From assembly GCA_048938385.1 (NCBI GenBank), contig JBHLMG010000014.1, positions 1 to 61,124 of the forward strand: DNA of 61,124 nucleotides, read 5' to 3'. The position numbers and the translations under genes are program-made. Under the pieces are notes generated by a model. The model searched no databases, was not told the origin of the DNA, and saw only the letters and a program-made list of their open reading frames with translations. Source of the DNA: Promethearchaeota archaeon (GTDB lineage Archaea; Asgardarchaeota; Hermodarchaeia; Hermodarchaeales; Hermodarchaeaceae). Shown piece by piece: positions 20,651 through 29,810 of this stretch (position 1 is the stretch's first letter; each line of letters opens with the position of its first letter).

Positions 20651-20884
20651 CTATTCTACACCACTCAACTTTCGGATTAATGTATTTTCTGCCTCTTCTG
20701 GCGGAATTATCTCAATCTGCTCAATAACGACGGCTCGACGCTTGACACGATGACATGACCCCAAGATGCTGTAGAGTTGTTCTCGAGCATCATCCTCAGT
20801 GGTTGCCCGAATTTCCTGGGAAAACCGGAACTGCCGTCTTAAACGCCGATAGGTTCCTTCTACACGGTATACCTGTACAGACAT
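20651..20884 (-). CDS. rplX: Ribosomal protein eL20 (LX/L18a)
   Basis: YRVEG...FSQEIRA...YSILGSCHRVKR. Confidence 0.92.
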   Translation of the reverse strand: MSVQVYRVEGTYRRLRRQFRFSQEIRATTEDDAREQLYSILGSCHRVKRRAVVIEQIEIIPPEEAENTLIRKLSGVE

Positions 20885-20983
20885 TCTAACCAGCTCTTTA
20901 CCGTTTGCAGTCACCCATCGAATAGCCATCGCTATTTTAACTCTTTCCACTCCGCAATCCTGGTTTTTACAATAGCTTAGATG

Positions 20984-21160
20984 TCAATGTGAAAGATCTA
21001 CGCAATGCCGGTTGAGGAGTAAAAACCAGCGAAGAACTGGCCAATACCCAGTAATTTCGCGTTCCTCGTCGAAGGTTCGTTTTGGGTGCGCCATTACATT
21101 CCAGGCTTTCTTAAAATCGGTGACTAGAAACATAGTTCCTACCATCCATTCGATACTCAT
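20984..21160 (-). pseudogene. Short ORF resembling a truncated Yip1-family N-terminus
   Basis: Manual translation: ...FKKAWNVMAHPKRTFDEEREITGYWPVLRWFLLLN, then early stop. Confidence 0.4.
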
Positions 21161-21256
21161 CTAAGGATGATAAGAAGACATTTTTGCAGCGTTTCCGTCG
21201 ATACAACCAAGGGTATTAGGGAATATGAGTGGTGAGAGCCCTGTAAACACCAGGGG

Positions 21257-21931
21257 TTAGAAAAACGCCTCTGTGATGCGCATGAGTTCGGGTCCGGTGG
21301 TCTCAAAGCCTGCGGCCGCCGCTTGGCTACTAGCGAGGAGACCGATGGAGATGTAGGGAACTCCACAGTTAATCGTGCCTACCTCGACACCCACGGAAAA
21401 GAAACTAGCTAACCACTCTTGCTCTTCGTCGGAAAGTGAGGTATGCGCAAGTAAACCTTTGTTGGTGACTACTCCATGGGATCCTACTAAACCTGAATCT
21501 GCGAGGAGTTTCGATTCAATTTCAACACCTAAGGCATCTTGGATTGCGCGAAGATCTGTTTTGTTAAACTCGGGGCTTACTAAAGCTGCATGATCGTTAG
21601 AGAGGATGAGGTTTCCTAACGCTGTCAGTTTGGATTTCAACGGGTACACCGGAAGGTCTAGTTTAGATTCGAGTGCTTCAGTTTCTTCATCGAGGACGAT
21701 ATGCGGAACTAATATTCCGTTTTGATTTCCGGCAGTTAAGATACCTACAAGGGTACTATGACCAATTGTGGTGCAAACGGATTCCATGTTGAAAAGGGAG
21801 GAAAGATCTCTGGTTGTTGTGGGATCACTGGGAGCTTGTAACAGCCAAGTATCGGTTACTCGGCTAAAAGCCCCAATATTGGAGCTACCATCAAATGCTA
21901 AGCGTTGAATCTTTCCTGTCATGAAGGACAT
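21257..21931 (-). CDS. eif6: Translation initiation factor 6 (aIF6)
   Basis: NIGAF, GNQNGILVP, ALGNLILSND, GTINCG, TTGPEL. Confidence 0.96.
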   Translation of the reverse strand: MSFMTGKIQRLAFDGSSNIGAFSRVTDTWLLQAPSDPTTTRDLSSLFNMESVCTTIGHSTLVGILTAGNQNGILVPHIVLDEETEALESKLDLPVYPLKSKLTALGNLILSNDHAALVSPEFNKTDLRAIQDALGVEIESKLLADSGLVGSHGVVTNKGLLAHTSLSDEEQEWLASFFSVGVEVGTINCGVPYISIGLLASSQAAAAGFETTGPELMRITEAFF

Positions 21932-21969
21932 CCTGCGGTTTATTGGCGTTATAGTGTGTGAACGAATGA

Positions 21970-22296
21970 TTACTGCCCTTCAACTAAAAAGACTTTGACT
22001 AACCCATCCCGATCCTTTGTAGCACGAACACGGACACGCCGGGGAGGTTTTTCAATGCTGCGAGTCCACAGGTAGTCATTTAGTGCAGGATCGATCGCAA
22101 GGTCATCCTCATTTTCGACCTTCATATGCCTGGTGATGAAGGTTTTGACTAAGGTGACCGCGCGTTTAGTCCGTTTCTTTCGGATCGCCTCATAGGCTTT
22201 ACCCAGGGGAATCGTATAGAGTCGCTCAACAACGATTTCTTCTGTCACTTCAGGACGCGCAGTAGTATCTGTAATACTTTCATCTTTTTCAGCCAT
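21970..22296 (-). CDS. rpl31e: Ribosomal protein eL31
   Basis: ERLYTIPL, RHMK, WTRSIEKPPRRVRV. Confidence 0.95.
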   Translation of the reverse strand: MAEKDESITDTTARPEVTEEIVVERLYTIPLGKAYEAIRKKRTKRAVTLVKTFITRHMKVENEDDLAIDPALNDYLWTRSIEKPPRRVRVRATKDRDGLVKVFLVEGQ

Positions 22297-22319
22297 TCCT
22301 GGGCACACTCCTTACAGGG

Positions 22320-22475
22320 TTAGGGTTTTAGTTTTGATTGCCGCCAGTTACGGCGTTTTGGATGGGTTCGAACCTTCCCGTTAGTTTTCACCATAATCCA
22401 GGCAGGAACTCCTACATTGGATTTGAGCTGGCGTCCAAGCCGAAGTTTTTTGGCTAAAGGTTTGTTACGTGCCAT
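22320..22475 (-). CDS. rpl39e: Ribosomal protein eL39 (absent from ORF track)
   Basis: Manual translation: [13 protein letters not shown]...VPAWIMVKT...HPKRRNWR. Confidence 0.96.
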   Translation of the reverse strand: MARNKPLAKKLRLGRQLKSNVGVPAWIMVKTNGKVRTHPKRRNWRQSKLKP

Positions 22476-22495
22476 AATTCATCACATTTTCATGC

Positions 22496-22828
22496 CTATC
22501 TGAACTCGATTTTGGTCTCTCGCTGACGTGATTTCACTTGCGAAAGCATGGTTTTCAGCGTTTTATCGCTAATCGGTACTTCAGGTAACCGGTTGACTTG
22601 GGCAAGTCGAATAAGCTCGTTTTCTAGCTGTTCAGCAAATCCGCGTCTAACCATTCGTAGGTTGGCGAGTCTTTCGCGTGCTTTGGGAGTGAGTATTTGA
22701 CGGAGAATGGCAGCGCGTTGCGCACGGATTTCCGCCTCTTGAGCTGCGGCTTGTTGTTCTAAGGCAGCCTGCTGCTGCAATTCTGCCATTTTTCGCCGTC
22801 GCAGCTCTTCTAGTTCATCCTCACTCAT
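22496..22828 (-). CDS. PDCD5-family DNA-binding protein
   Basis: ELEELRRRKMAELQ...QILTPKARERL. Confidence 0.92.
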   Translation of the reverse strand: MSEDELEELRRRKMAELQQQAALEQQAAAQEAEIRAQRAAILRQILTPKARERLANLRMVRRGFAEQLENELIRLAQVNRLPEVPISDKTLKTMLSQVKSRQRETKIEFR

Positions 22829-22849
22829 GATCTTGTTTCCTCCGCGGAT

Positions 22850-23278
22850 TTATTCTCCATCTTTTGTCTTCATTATATGCGCCAGTTTATCAAGGAAGGA
22901 TCGCCCTTGACTTGTCAGCTGTCGCCCCGTACCTTTGTCGTGTTCAACGAGGCCTGCTGATTCCAGTTGCTGTAATGCCTTTCGGACAATTGAGCCGCTT
23001 CCCTTCGCAAAATGATCAGGGCGAGATCCACGCCGATTTCGACCTCCGTATGCCGTCCGGAGTCGTGAAACTCCAGTTGGGCCTTTGACATAGAGCCGTC
23101 GAAGAATTGAAGCACACCGTAAATACCACCAATCTGGATCAGTAGGTGGTCGCTCCTTATGGACTCCCGTCTTCACGAAGTTTGTCCATTCAGGAGGTTG
23201 GACTTCCTTTGCCTTTTTGAGTTCTTCGGCGATTCGCGGAATCAGCTCCTCTGCCGGAACATCATATACAGTAGACAC
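22850..23278 (-). CDS. rps19e: Ribosomal protein eS19
   Basis: VKTGVHKERPP..DWWY.RCASILR, LQQLE. Confidence 0.97.
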   Translation of the reverse strand: MSTVYDVPAEELIPRIAEELKKAKEVQPPEWTNFVKTGVHKERPPTDPDWWYLRCASILRRLYVKGPTGVSRLRTAYGGRNRRGSRPDHFAKGSGSIVRKALQQLESAGLVEHDKGTGRQLTSQGRSFLDKLAHIMKTKDGE

Positions 23279-23377
23279 GATAAAGACCTCACGGGGCAAG
23301 CAGAAATTGACCCGTCGACGAGTCGGCAGAAGTGTTCGATGAAAGCTATAAAAATCCTTCGTAGTTTCCTTGCTACC

Positions 23378-23641
23378 TCATCGCTGTCGCAACGCTAAGA
23401 CTACTACGGAGCCACGACGACCCAAGACTTCACTTGCCGTCTGATCAGCTAGCGCTGCAGCGAGCGTATCCACATTCACTTCAGCAGTTGCGGTTCGAAG
23501 AAACCGCACCTTAATGATCTTCTGTTTCTTGAGCTGCCGGATTATCTCTTCAACAACTCCGGATTCTAATCTGGATTTCCCAACACGGACCGCTGGCTTC
23601 TTATCTGCCCAGATCCGTGCCAAATCACCCTTAGTTGGCAT
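23378..23641 (-). CDS. YhbY/CRM RNA-binding protein
   Basis: VRVGKS, IIKVRFL, RRGSVVVL. Confidence 0.85.
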   Translation of the reverse strand: MPTKGDLARIWADKKPAVRVGKSRLESGVVEEIIRQLKKQKIIKVRFLRTATAEVNVDTLAAALADQTASEVLGRRGSVVVLALRQR

Positions 23642-23644
23642 ACC

Positions 23645-24031
23645 TTATTCTGTTCCTCCCTGCATGGTCCGTTTAACAGTTGTAGGTTGAGGGAGTTTCC
23701 GGTGTCGTGTCCAAAGAACCTTACGCCGATACCCACAGGACAGACAAGTGATGACTACAGATCCATTGCGACCTGCCGTCCGGGTTCGCACTCGGGCATT
23801 TATGCCTGGTCGCAGGAACTGATCGCAGCGATGACAGTACCGATGCCGCCACTCGCGTGGCAATCGGACCCGCGTTCGCATGACAATACGTCGAGCCATC
23901 TGCACATACCGACGAGCCAGTTTCGGATCCTTAGGTGCTACTTCCTCGGCGAACTGAACGAGATTGCGCAGGTGCTGCATCACCATTGCACGCCACCGAC
24001 GGCTCCCACGAACACTCACAATTAACACCAA
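23645..24031 (-). CDS. rnp4: RNase P protein Rpp21
   Basis: LARRYV, YCHRC...PG..ARVR...CLSCG zinc ribbon. Confidence 0.9.
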   Translation of the reverse strand: MVLIVSVRGSRRWRAMVMQHLRNLVQFAEEVAPKDPKLARRYVQMARRIVMRTRVRLPREWRHRYCHRCDQFLRPGINARVRTRTAGRNGSVVITCLSCGYRRKVLWTRHRKLPQPTTVKRTMQGGTE

Positions 24032-24044
24032 AAACTTGGAAGAA

Positions 24045-24118
24045 TGGTGCGCTGTCCGGGATTCGAACCCGGGTACCCAGCGTGGCAGGCTGGAGTCATG
24101 CCACTAGACCAACAGCGC
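24045..24118 (-). tRNA. tRNA-Gly(GCC), CCA encoded
   Basis: Cloverleaf; anticodon arm CCAGC-CTGCCAC-GCTGG; GGTTCGAATCC. Confidence 0.96.
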
Positions 24119-24242
24119 ACGGAGCTATTCCAATCCGTCACTCCTTTTATTGGTTTTGGCTCTCTCTGCTTTCAAGGTCTGAGCTGCAATTGCATGGTTA
24201 AAGGAAACACTTAAACAACGGCACGCTACTCCTGCGGGCTAG

Positions 24243-24348
24243 GCGGTCGTGGTCTAGTGGTTATGATTTTGGCCTTCCACGCCGAATACCCGGGTTCGAA
24301 GGCTGCAACGCGCATTGCGTCAGCGCGAGACTCCCGGCGACCGCACCA
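24243..24348 (+). tRNA. tRNA-Gly(TCC) with 31-nt intron in the T-loop (59/60; 24301-24331)
   Basis: Cloverleaf is restored by removing the insert; BHB-like helix TTCG/CGAG. Confidence 0.9.
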
Positions 24349-24486
24349 CTCTTATTTTTTGCAGCACCTTCGGTGAAAACTGGCACCTAATTTGTATGGA
24401 AAAGGGGGAGAAGCGGTGAGGCTTCGTTTTCTTTCTTTAAATCGAAAATGTTCGATATTTTCTTATAAGTTTAGGGTAATAGTAAA

Positions 24487-24495
24487 TTTTATAAG
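24487..24495 (+). promoter_or_regulatory. TATA box for leader and ORF 24617
   Basis: TTTTATAAG in AT-rich context. Confidence 0.5.
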
Positions 24496-24616
24496 TGATT
24501 GTTGTATAGTATAGTTTAGAGCATATGTTTCCCGTTCTCCCCACGAGCAACGAGCCTAGCAGGCTCCAATGGAAACAATGGGGAGGGAGAGCTCACCTAC
24601 ATGGAGGTAGAGCTTC

Positions 24617-25012
24617 ATGGCAACAAAACAAACGCAATACATTCCCCCTGTGGAAATCCACGATTACCGACAGTTCCTAGCTTATGCTCGAGAAGCCGTA
24701 ATTGTGACCTTCGAGCCAGTGTATTATGTAGCACCCTTCGAAAGCGATGTAATCGGCGTACCAGCGCAGTGGCTCCGTGCCCTCCGCATCTACGCAATTG
24801 GCGTAAAGCTCAACGGAAGCTTCATGACCATGATGCATCGCATTGAATTTCCATCAAAAGCCCTAGATTATGAAGAAGGCGTCTTCGATTGTGTAGCGAA
24901 CGAAGAGCAGCTAGCCCATGTCGTTCGTGAACTGGAAACCGAATTTCATGCCGTACCAGGTGCGCCGGAGCAGCCTTCCTTGCATGACGAATGGATCCGG
25001 ACATTACGGTAG
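24617..25012 (+). CDS. Hypothetical protein
   Basis: GGAGG SD upstream, plausible globular composition. Confidence 0.7.
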   Translation: MATKQTQYIPPVEIHDYRQFLAYAREAVIVTFEPVYYVAPFESDVIGVPAQWLRALRIYAIGVKLNGSFMTMMHRIEFPSKALDYEEGVFDCVANEEQLAHVVRELETEFHAVPGAPEQPSLHDEWIRTLR

Positions 25013-25099
25013 CGAGCGTTTATCACCAACGGAACGAAAACAATATTAAGGCGCGAATCTTGACACACCAGAGCGTGTGCTTTCGAATTAGCACGCTTT

Positions 25100-25176
25100 G
25101 GGCCGGTGGTCTAGTTGGTTATGACGCCGTCCTGACACGGCGGAGGTCCCGTGTTCAAATCACGGCCGGCCCACCA
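25100..25176 (+). tRNA. tRNA-Val(GAC)
   Basis: Cloverleaf; CCGTC-CTGACAC-GGCGG; CCA encoded. Confidence 0.96.
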
Positions 25177-25179
25177 TCT

Positions 25180-25321
25180 GCCGACGTAGCTTAGCCCGGG
25201 AGTAGCCCGACTTACGAGTTGTGTGCTGCTATCCGAAAGCGCGGGACTGAAGGCGTTTTGCGCTTCAGGCAAAGCGCACGAGATCCCGTTGTCGCGTGTT
25301 CAAATCACGCCGTCGGCACCA
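25180..25321 (+). tRNA. tRNA-Phe(GAA) with two introns (about 22/23: 25203-25237; 37/38: 25253-25282)
   Basis: Exons join into a typical archaeal tRNA-Phe; CGGGA-CTGAAGA-TCCCG; both introns form hairpins. Confidence 0.88.
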
Positions 25322-25361
25322 TTTTTTTCTCAAACCAGCTATTAGTGGGCAGCATCACCGA

Positions 25362-25862
25362 TTAAGTGCGAAAAAGCCAGTCAAAGAGAACCGCGAGGGA
25401 CAGAGCGATGAGGGCCCCTGCAGTGTTGGCGATGATGTAGCCAACAAGGTAGGCGAGTTGAGCCCAAGGCGAGTAGAAGAAGATGAGGACATAGAACCCA
25501 GCCCAGATGATTAGGATTACGAGGAAGGCTAGGAGAAAGATGCCGAATCGTCGGAGATATTGACGGAGAGGACTTGGTTCAGGAACGCCTCGACGCGGAC
25601 GGTAGGGGAAAATCCGAACTGCAAAGAAATTCGCCAACACAGCGGTGGCGGTAGCTTGAGCCAAGACGACCCCAAGAGGAACCATAGCGAGAAGAATGGG
25701 GGAGACAATGAAGTAGATGTAGGCACCAGTATAGGAGAGGAAGATTTGGAGGGCTCCAAAGAGGCCGAAGACAATGAGAAGGAAAGCCCCGTCTTCTACC
25801 GTATTCCAGAAATAAGCCTGCGACATGAGTGGCACCTCGAGATAGGTTAGGGTGTGAAGCAA
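25362..25862 (-). CDS. Hypothetical membrane protein (about 4 TM)
   Basis: Hydrophobic segments. Confidence 0.7.
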   Translation of the reverse strand: MLHTLTYLEVPLMSQAYFWNTVEDGAFLLIVFGLFGALQIFLSYTGAYIYFIVSPILLAMVPLGVVLAQATATAVLANFFAVRIFPYRPRRGVPEPSPLRQYLRRFGIFLLAFLVILIIWAGFYVLIFFYSPWAQLAYLVGYIIANTAGALIALSLAVLFDWLFRT

Positions 25863-25923
25863 CGGGTTAGCTTTGTCTGTATTAATGTTTTCGTCTCAGA
25901 CGGTCTCGACTTGATAGCAAAAA

Positions 25924-26029
25924 TGGTGGACCGGCCGGGATTTGAACCCGGGGCCTCCGCCAGTTTGGTACATCCCTTGAATCGGATGATGTATGCCAAG
26001 ACGGCGATCTACCGCTGATCTACCGGCCC
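25924..26029 (-). tRNA. tRNA-Ala(GGC) with 31-nt intron at 37/38 (25963-25993)
   Basis: GGGCCGG acceptor with G3:U70; CCGTC-TTGGCA|T-GGCGG; CCA encoded. Confidence 0.92.
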
Positions 26030-26040
26030 ACAGATGTCGG

Positions 26041-26226
26041 TTAGACAAGGCGGGTGCGGGTTAAATCTTTACTCGCCCAGCTGAAATTCCGAATTCGACT
26101 GGATCGACCGAAACCACAAGCTGCACATCGCTTCTTCCGGATATGGTAAGAGCGACGTCCACAGCGGCGACAGCGAATGTGAGTTTTTTTGTTCTTTTTT
26201 CCAAAAGAGGGAGTGCCCTTGCCCAT
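26041..26226 (-). CDS. rpl37e: Ribosomal protein eL37
   Basis: [25 protein letters not shown]. Confidence 0.97.
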   Translation of the reverse strand: MGKGTPSFGKKNKKTHIRCRRCGRRSYHIRKKRCAACGFGRSSRIRNFSWASKDLTRTRLV

Positions 26227-26232
26227 CGTTCA

Positions 26233-26490
26233 TCACTTGTTCTTTTTCTCGGTCTTTTTTGCGAGGGGTTTAGACGGTGACAGGAAAATGACATTATCAC
26301 CGCGTAGAATCACCGTTCCCAATTCTTGAACTGGATTCTCAGAGAGATCTTCTGCATCGTCTAGAATTAGATTCAGATGTTGGTCATAGCCCCTGAGGCG
26401 CCCTCGAAGTTCCCTGTCACCTTTCAGTTTAACAAGGACTTGGGAGTTCAGTGAGCGGCTAAGTAAATCCATTGGTCGATTTTCTGTCAC
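26233..26490 (-). CDS. Sm-like (Lsm) protein
   Basis: RGRLRGYDQHLNLIL, ILRGDNV; canonical neighbour of eL37. Confidence 0.95.
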   Translation of the reverse strand: MTENRPMDLLSRSLNSQVLVKLKGDRELRGRLRGYDQHLNLILDDAEDLSENPVQELGTVILRGDNVIFLSPSKPLAKKTEKKNK

Positions 26491-26564
26491 GGTGAAAGCT
26501 CCTGCCAGCTAACTGCAGTTGGGAAACATATGAGTCCTTATTAAAGTTTGCTACATTTTAGTAG

Positions 26565-27092
26565 GTGGTGCTAACTATGCGCGTTAAACATCGAACGCTT
26601 CTCCGAGTAAAGGAACTCCGAGTGCTACTTGGAGAGCTTGAGAAGTATCCAAGCATTATTCATCAGACGCTCAAGGACCCAGCGGGGATCAAAGGGACTG
26701 TGGAACGGGTATTACTTGCAGACAAAACCGAACTCTATTTCGTACAAGGAACCTTATGGCTCGTTGTAAAATCCAACCTCCTGTTTCCAGGTTTACCAGC
26801 CTTGCTTGAAGGAACAGTGCAGCTCCCCCAAGTAGTGGTGGACATGGGAGCAGTAGCGCATATCATTAATGGTGCAGATGTGATGGCGCCCGGTATCTTC
26901 GAGTTAGACCGCACTCTGACTGAAGGTATGTTAGCCGTTGTGATTGACCAAAAGAATCTGATGCCCTTAGCAGTAGGTCGCATGCTGATGGATGCTGCGA
27001 CGGTGTTGGAAACCCGGAGAGGACGCGCCATTGAAACCCTCCACTATATTGGTGACGCAGTCTGGAACCTTGTCAAAGAGCTCTCCGAGTGA
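26565..27092 (+). CDS. PUA-domain RNA-binding protein (MCT-1/DUF1947-like)
   Basis: VVDMGA..I.NGADVMAPGI, HYIGD. Confidence 0.9.
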   Translation: MVLTMRVKHRTLLRVKELRVLLGELEKYPSIIHQTLKDPAGIKGTVERVLLADKTELYFVQGTLWLVVKSNLLFPGLPALLEGTVQLPQVVVDMGAVAHIINGADVMAPGIFELDRTLTEGMLAVVIDQKNLMPLAVGRMLMDAATVLETRRGRAIETLHYIGDAVWNLVKELSE

Positions 27093-27159
27093 ATGGGCGA
27101 AGGGTTTTTTACAGTTCACCTTCATCGTTGAATTAAAATAATACGGAGGATGCCGCGGT

Positions 27160-27540
27160 TTGAGCCCATTAGGACGACGAAAGAAGAAGGACAAAGCTGA
27201 TGCAGCCACTGGAGCTACGCCAAGCACGAGCATTGACGCAGCATCCATGTATGTTCGATTCATGGAGTTAACGGGATTAATGGATGTTACCCCAATTTCT
27301 GAAGAAGTGCGGAAAGGGAATCTAATAGTGATGGATGTCTCGCCACTTGTGCAATCCGGAACTGAATTGCAGCTGCAGCTTAAGCGGGCTGTTGAGCAGC
27401 TACGAGCGGTCTGTATTAGTGTTGACGGAGATATTGCCCAATTAGGTAATCGCTACATCATCCTTGCTCCGAGCCGTGTAAAGATTTTCCGGGACTCGCC
27501 CCCTAAAGAACCAGGTTCGGAGACCTCCACTACAACCTGA
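27160..27540 (+). CDS. sepF: Cell division protein SepF
   Basis: GNLIVMDV...GDIAQLG.RYIILAPS.VKI. Confidence 0.85.
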   Translation: MSPLGRRKKKDKADAATGATPSTSIDAASMYVRFMELTGLMDVTPISEEVRKGNLIVMDVSPLVQSGTELQLQLKRAVEQLRAVCISVDGDIAQLGNRYIILAPSRVKIFRDSPPKEPGSETSTTT

Positions 27541-27554
27541 GCAGGACGCCCACC

Positions 27555-28634
27555 ATGAGAAAGGTGTGTATCCAGGTCCCCCAACACCTGGGAGAACGAG
27601 TACGAAGGCATTTAATGAAGCATGAACTCCTAGATACTGCGTTTCCCATCAACAAAGAAAATAGCCACTTGTTCTTTCCACTTCAGCACTCTTTATCAGA
27701 GGAAGACCGCAAGACACTGCACGCGTTGATTGGCGATTTAACCATTGTAACCAAAGAGCTCATCCCCCTGACCCGTAAACCTTCGGACCTAGTGACAGCA
27801 CTTGTAGGAAAACTCCCTGAATCACTGCTTGATGCACTCCCCCATTCATTCGACATTATTGGCGATGTCGCTGTCGTTGAGCTTAATTCCCACCTCTCAC
27901 AGTACGAGAACCTCATTGGCCAAGCCATCATGACGGTGAATTCACGAGTTAAAACAGTATACGCTAAGGAAGGCGGAGTTGAAGGGGAATATCGTGTTCG
28001 TCCCCTCCGTCTACTTGCGGGAAAAGCCCAGACTACCACCATTCACACAGAATATGGGCTACAAATTGCAGTAGATGTCACGAAGACTTATTTCAGTCCC
28101 CGTCTGAGCACTGAACATGATCGGGTAGCGCAGCTTGTCCAGCCGGGCGAGATCATTGTGGATATGTTTACAGGTGTTGGACCCTTCGCCCTCCTTTTTG
28201 CAAAACGCCATCGTGTGAAGGTGTATGCCATCGACATTAACAAGCGAGCAATTCAATGCCTACAAAAAAGTCTTGAATTGAATCGCCTTGAAGGTCAAGT
28301 GATTTCCCTTGTTGGCGATGCCCGAAATATCATTGACCAATCCTTAATAGGAAAAGCTGATCGGGTGATAATGAATCTGCCCCATGGCGCCCTCGAATTT
28401 CTGGATGCAGCGATTCACGCCTTGAAACCAACGGGGGGTATCGTTCATTATTACGGGATAACCACAGAAGACTACCCCTTAGACGCCCTGATCGACACCG
28501 TTCTTACGAAAATTTCTCGTTGTAAACGCAGCGGAGAAGTCATACACGCCCGGAATGTCCGCCCTTCAGCACCCCATGAATTCCAGGTCGTGTTAGACCT
28601 TCAAGTTTCACAGTCGATAACGAGTTCCACTTGA
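27555..28634 (+). CDS. trm5: tRNA (guanine-37-N1) methyltransferase Trm5
   Basis: FDIIGD, YFSPRL, DMFTGVGPF, MNLP. Confidence 0.9.
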   Translation: MRKVCIQVPQHLGERVRRHLMKHELLDTAFPINKENSHLFFPLQHSLSEEDRKTLHALIGDLTIVTKELIPLTRKPSDLVTALVGKLPESLLDALPHSFDIIGDVAVVELNSHLSQYENLIGQAIMTVNSRVKTVYAKEGGVEGEYRVRPLRLLAGKAQTTTIHTEYGLQIAVDVTKTYFSPRLSTEHDRVAQLVQPGEIIVDMFTGVGPFALLFAKRHRVKVYAIDINKRAIQCLQKSLELNRLEGQVISLVGDARNIIDQSLIGKADRVIMNLPHGALEFLDAAIHALKPTGGIVHYYGITTEDYPLDALIDTVLTKISRCKRSGEVIHARNVRPSAPHEFQVVLDLQVSQSITSST

Positions 28635-29044
28635 AGAGAAGTCTTTGGATTTTGCATCAATTCGACTAACCTCCGATCTAAATCTTGCGCAGCTTTATCA
28701 CAACGAACGGCAATAGTACGGTCATCAATGTGACTGCTCGTTCGCCAAACTACGGAAGAAGAAGCGGTGAGCAATAGCTTAGGAGAACCCCACCCGTGTA
28801 TAGTTTCTGAAACAGTACCCACTCTCAATGTTGTGTAAATTTGGCACAGTGGTTTTCGAAGGAGGTTTCCAAGAAGGGCGTTGAGGGTTCGAGCGGAGTG
28901 AGTTGCTTTGACACCGATGATGCAATCACCACGCAGGGTCAGATGGGAATCCGTCGTCACTTCAAAGGTTGAACGGTGGGATGCGCGAATATTGGTATGA
29001 CCCTGCGCAGTTAGAGTGAAAGTGGAGGGAGGTTGTGGCGCCAT
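28601..29044 (-). CDS. DUF371 family protein
   Basis: GHTNIRASHRSTFEVT..LTLRGDCIIGV, DKAAQDL. Confidence 0.9.
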   Translation of the reverse strand: MAPQPPSTFTLTAQGHTNIRASHRSTFEVTTDSHLTLRGDCIIGVKATHSARTLNALLGNLLRKPLCQIYTTLRVGTVSETIHGWGSPKLLLTASSSVVWRTSSHIDDRTIAVRCDKAAQDLDRRLVELMQNPKTSLQVELVIDCET

Positions 29045-29114
29045 AGTTGATTATTTAGTAGGGATGTTACAAATAGATAGCTAATGAGCACTTGATTCCC
29101 GGGCAGGTATTCAT

Positions 29115-29804
29115 ATGTCTCTGGAGGAGACCGATCGTAAGGCCAACAGAAAAGAAGCCACCCTGCAACGGCTCATCAAATCTGGCACCGTTGAGAAGGA
29201 GGAGACCATTCGAGCGTATCGAGCTGTGCCACGGGAATTATTCTTACCCGATCACTTGGTTCAGGACGCTTATTTGGATACGCCCCTGCCAATCGGAGAG
29301 GGGCAGACGATCTCTGCGATTCACATGTGCCTAATTTACCTTGAGTACCTCCAACTAGAGGAAGGAATGAAGGTTTTAGAAGTCGGAGGTGGCTCTGGCT
29401 ATCATGCGGCCTTAGTAGCAGAAGTGGTGTCCCCTACCGGAAAACCTGCTTCTGGTCATGTATTTACTATTGAACGTAAACCTACTTTGGTCGAAGATGC
29501 GAAAAAGAACCTTAAGCGATCCGGCTATGCAGATCGTGTTACGGTGATTTTAGGCGATGGTACTAAAGGCTATCTTGAGCAAGCCCCCTTTGACCGAATC
29601 ATGGTGGCAGCCGCGGCTCCACATATCCCGCAACCGCTGATTGATCAGTTGAAACCCGAAGGAATTCTCTTGATCCCGGTTGGAAGACACCAGTTTTGGC
29701 AGGATCTGCTACTGGTCTCGAAGAGCAAAACGGGTAAGGTGAAAGAAAAGCAGTTGATGTCTGTGGCGTTTGTACCATTAATTGGCGAAGAGGGCTGGTC
29801 TTAA
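29115..29804 (+). CDS. pcm: Protein-L-isoaspartate O-methyltransferase
   Basis: GQTISA, VLEVGGGSGYHAA, APFDRI, VAFVPL. Confidence 0.95.
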   Translation: MSLEETDRKANRKEATLQRLIKSGTVEKEETIRAYRAVPRELFLPDHLVQDAYLDTPLPIGEGQTISAIHMCLIYLEYLQLEEGMKVLEVGGGSGYHAALVAEVVSPTGKPASGHVFTIERKPTLVEDAKKNLKRSGYADRVTVILGDGTKGYLEQAPFDRIMVAAAAPHIPQPLIDQLKPEGILLIPVGRHQFWQDLLLVSKSKTGKVKEKQLMSVAFVPLIGEEGWS

Positions 29805-29810
29805 TCGCTG

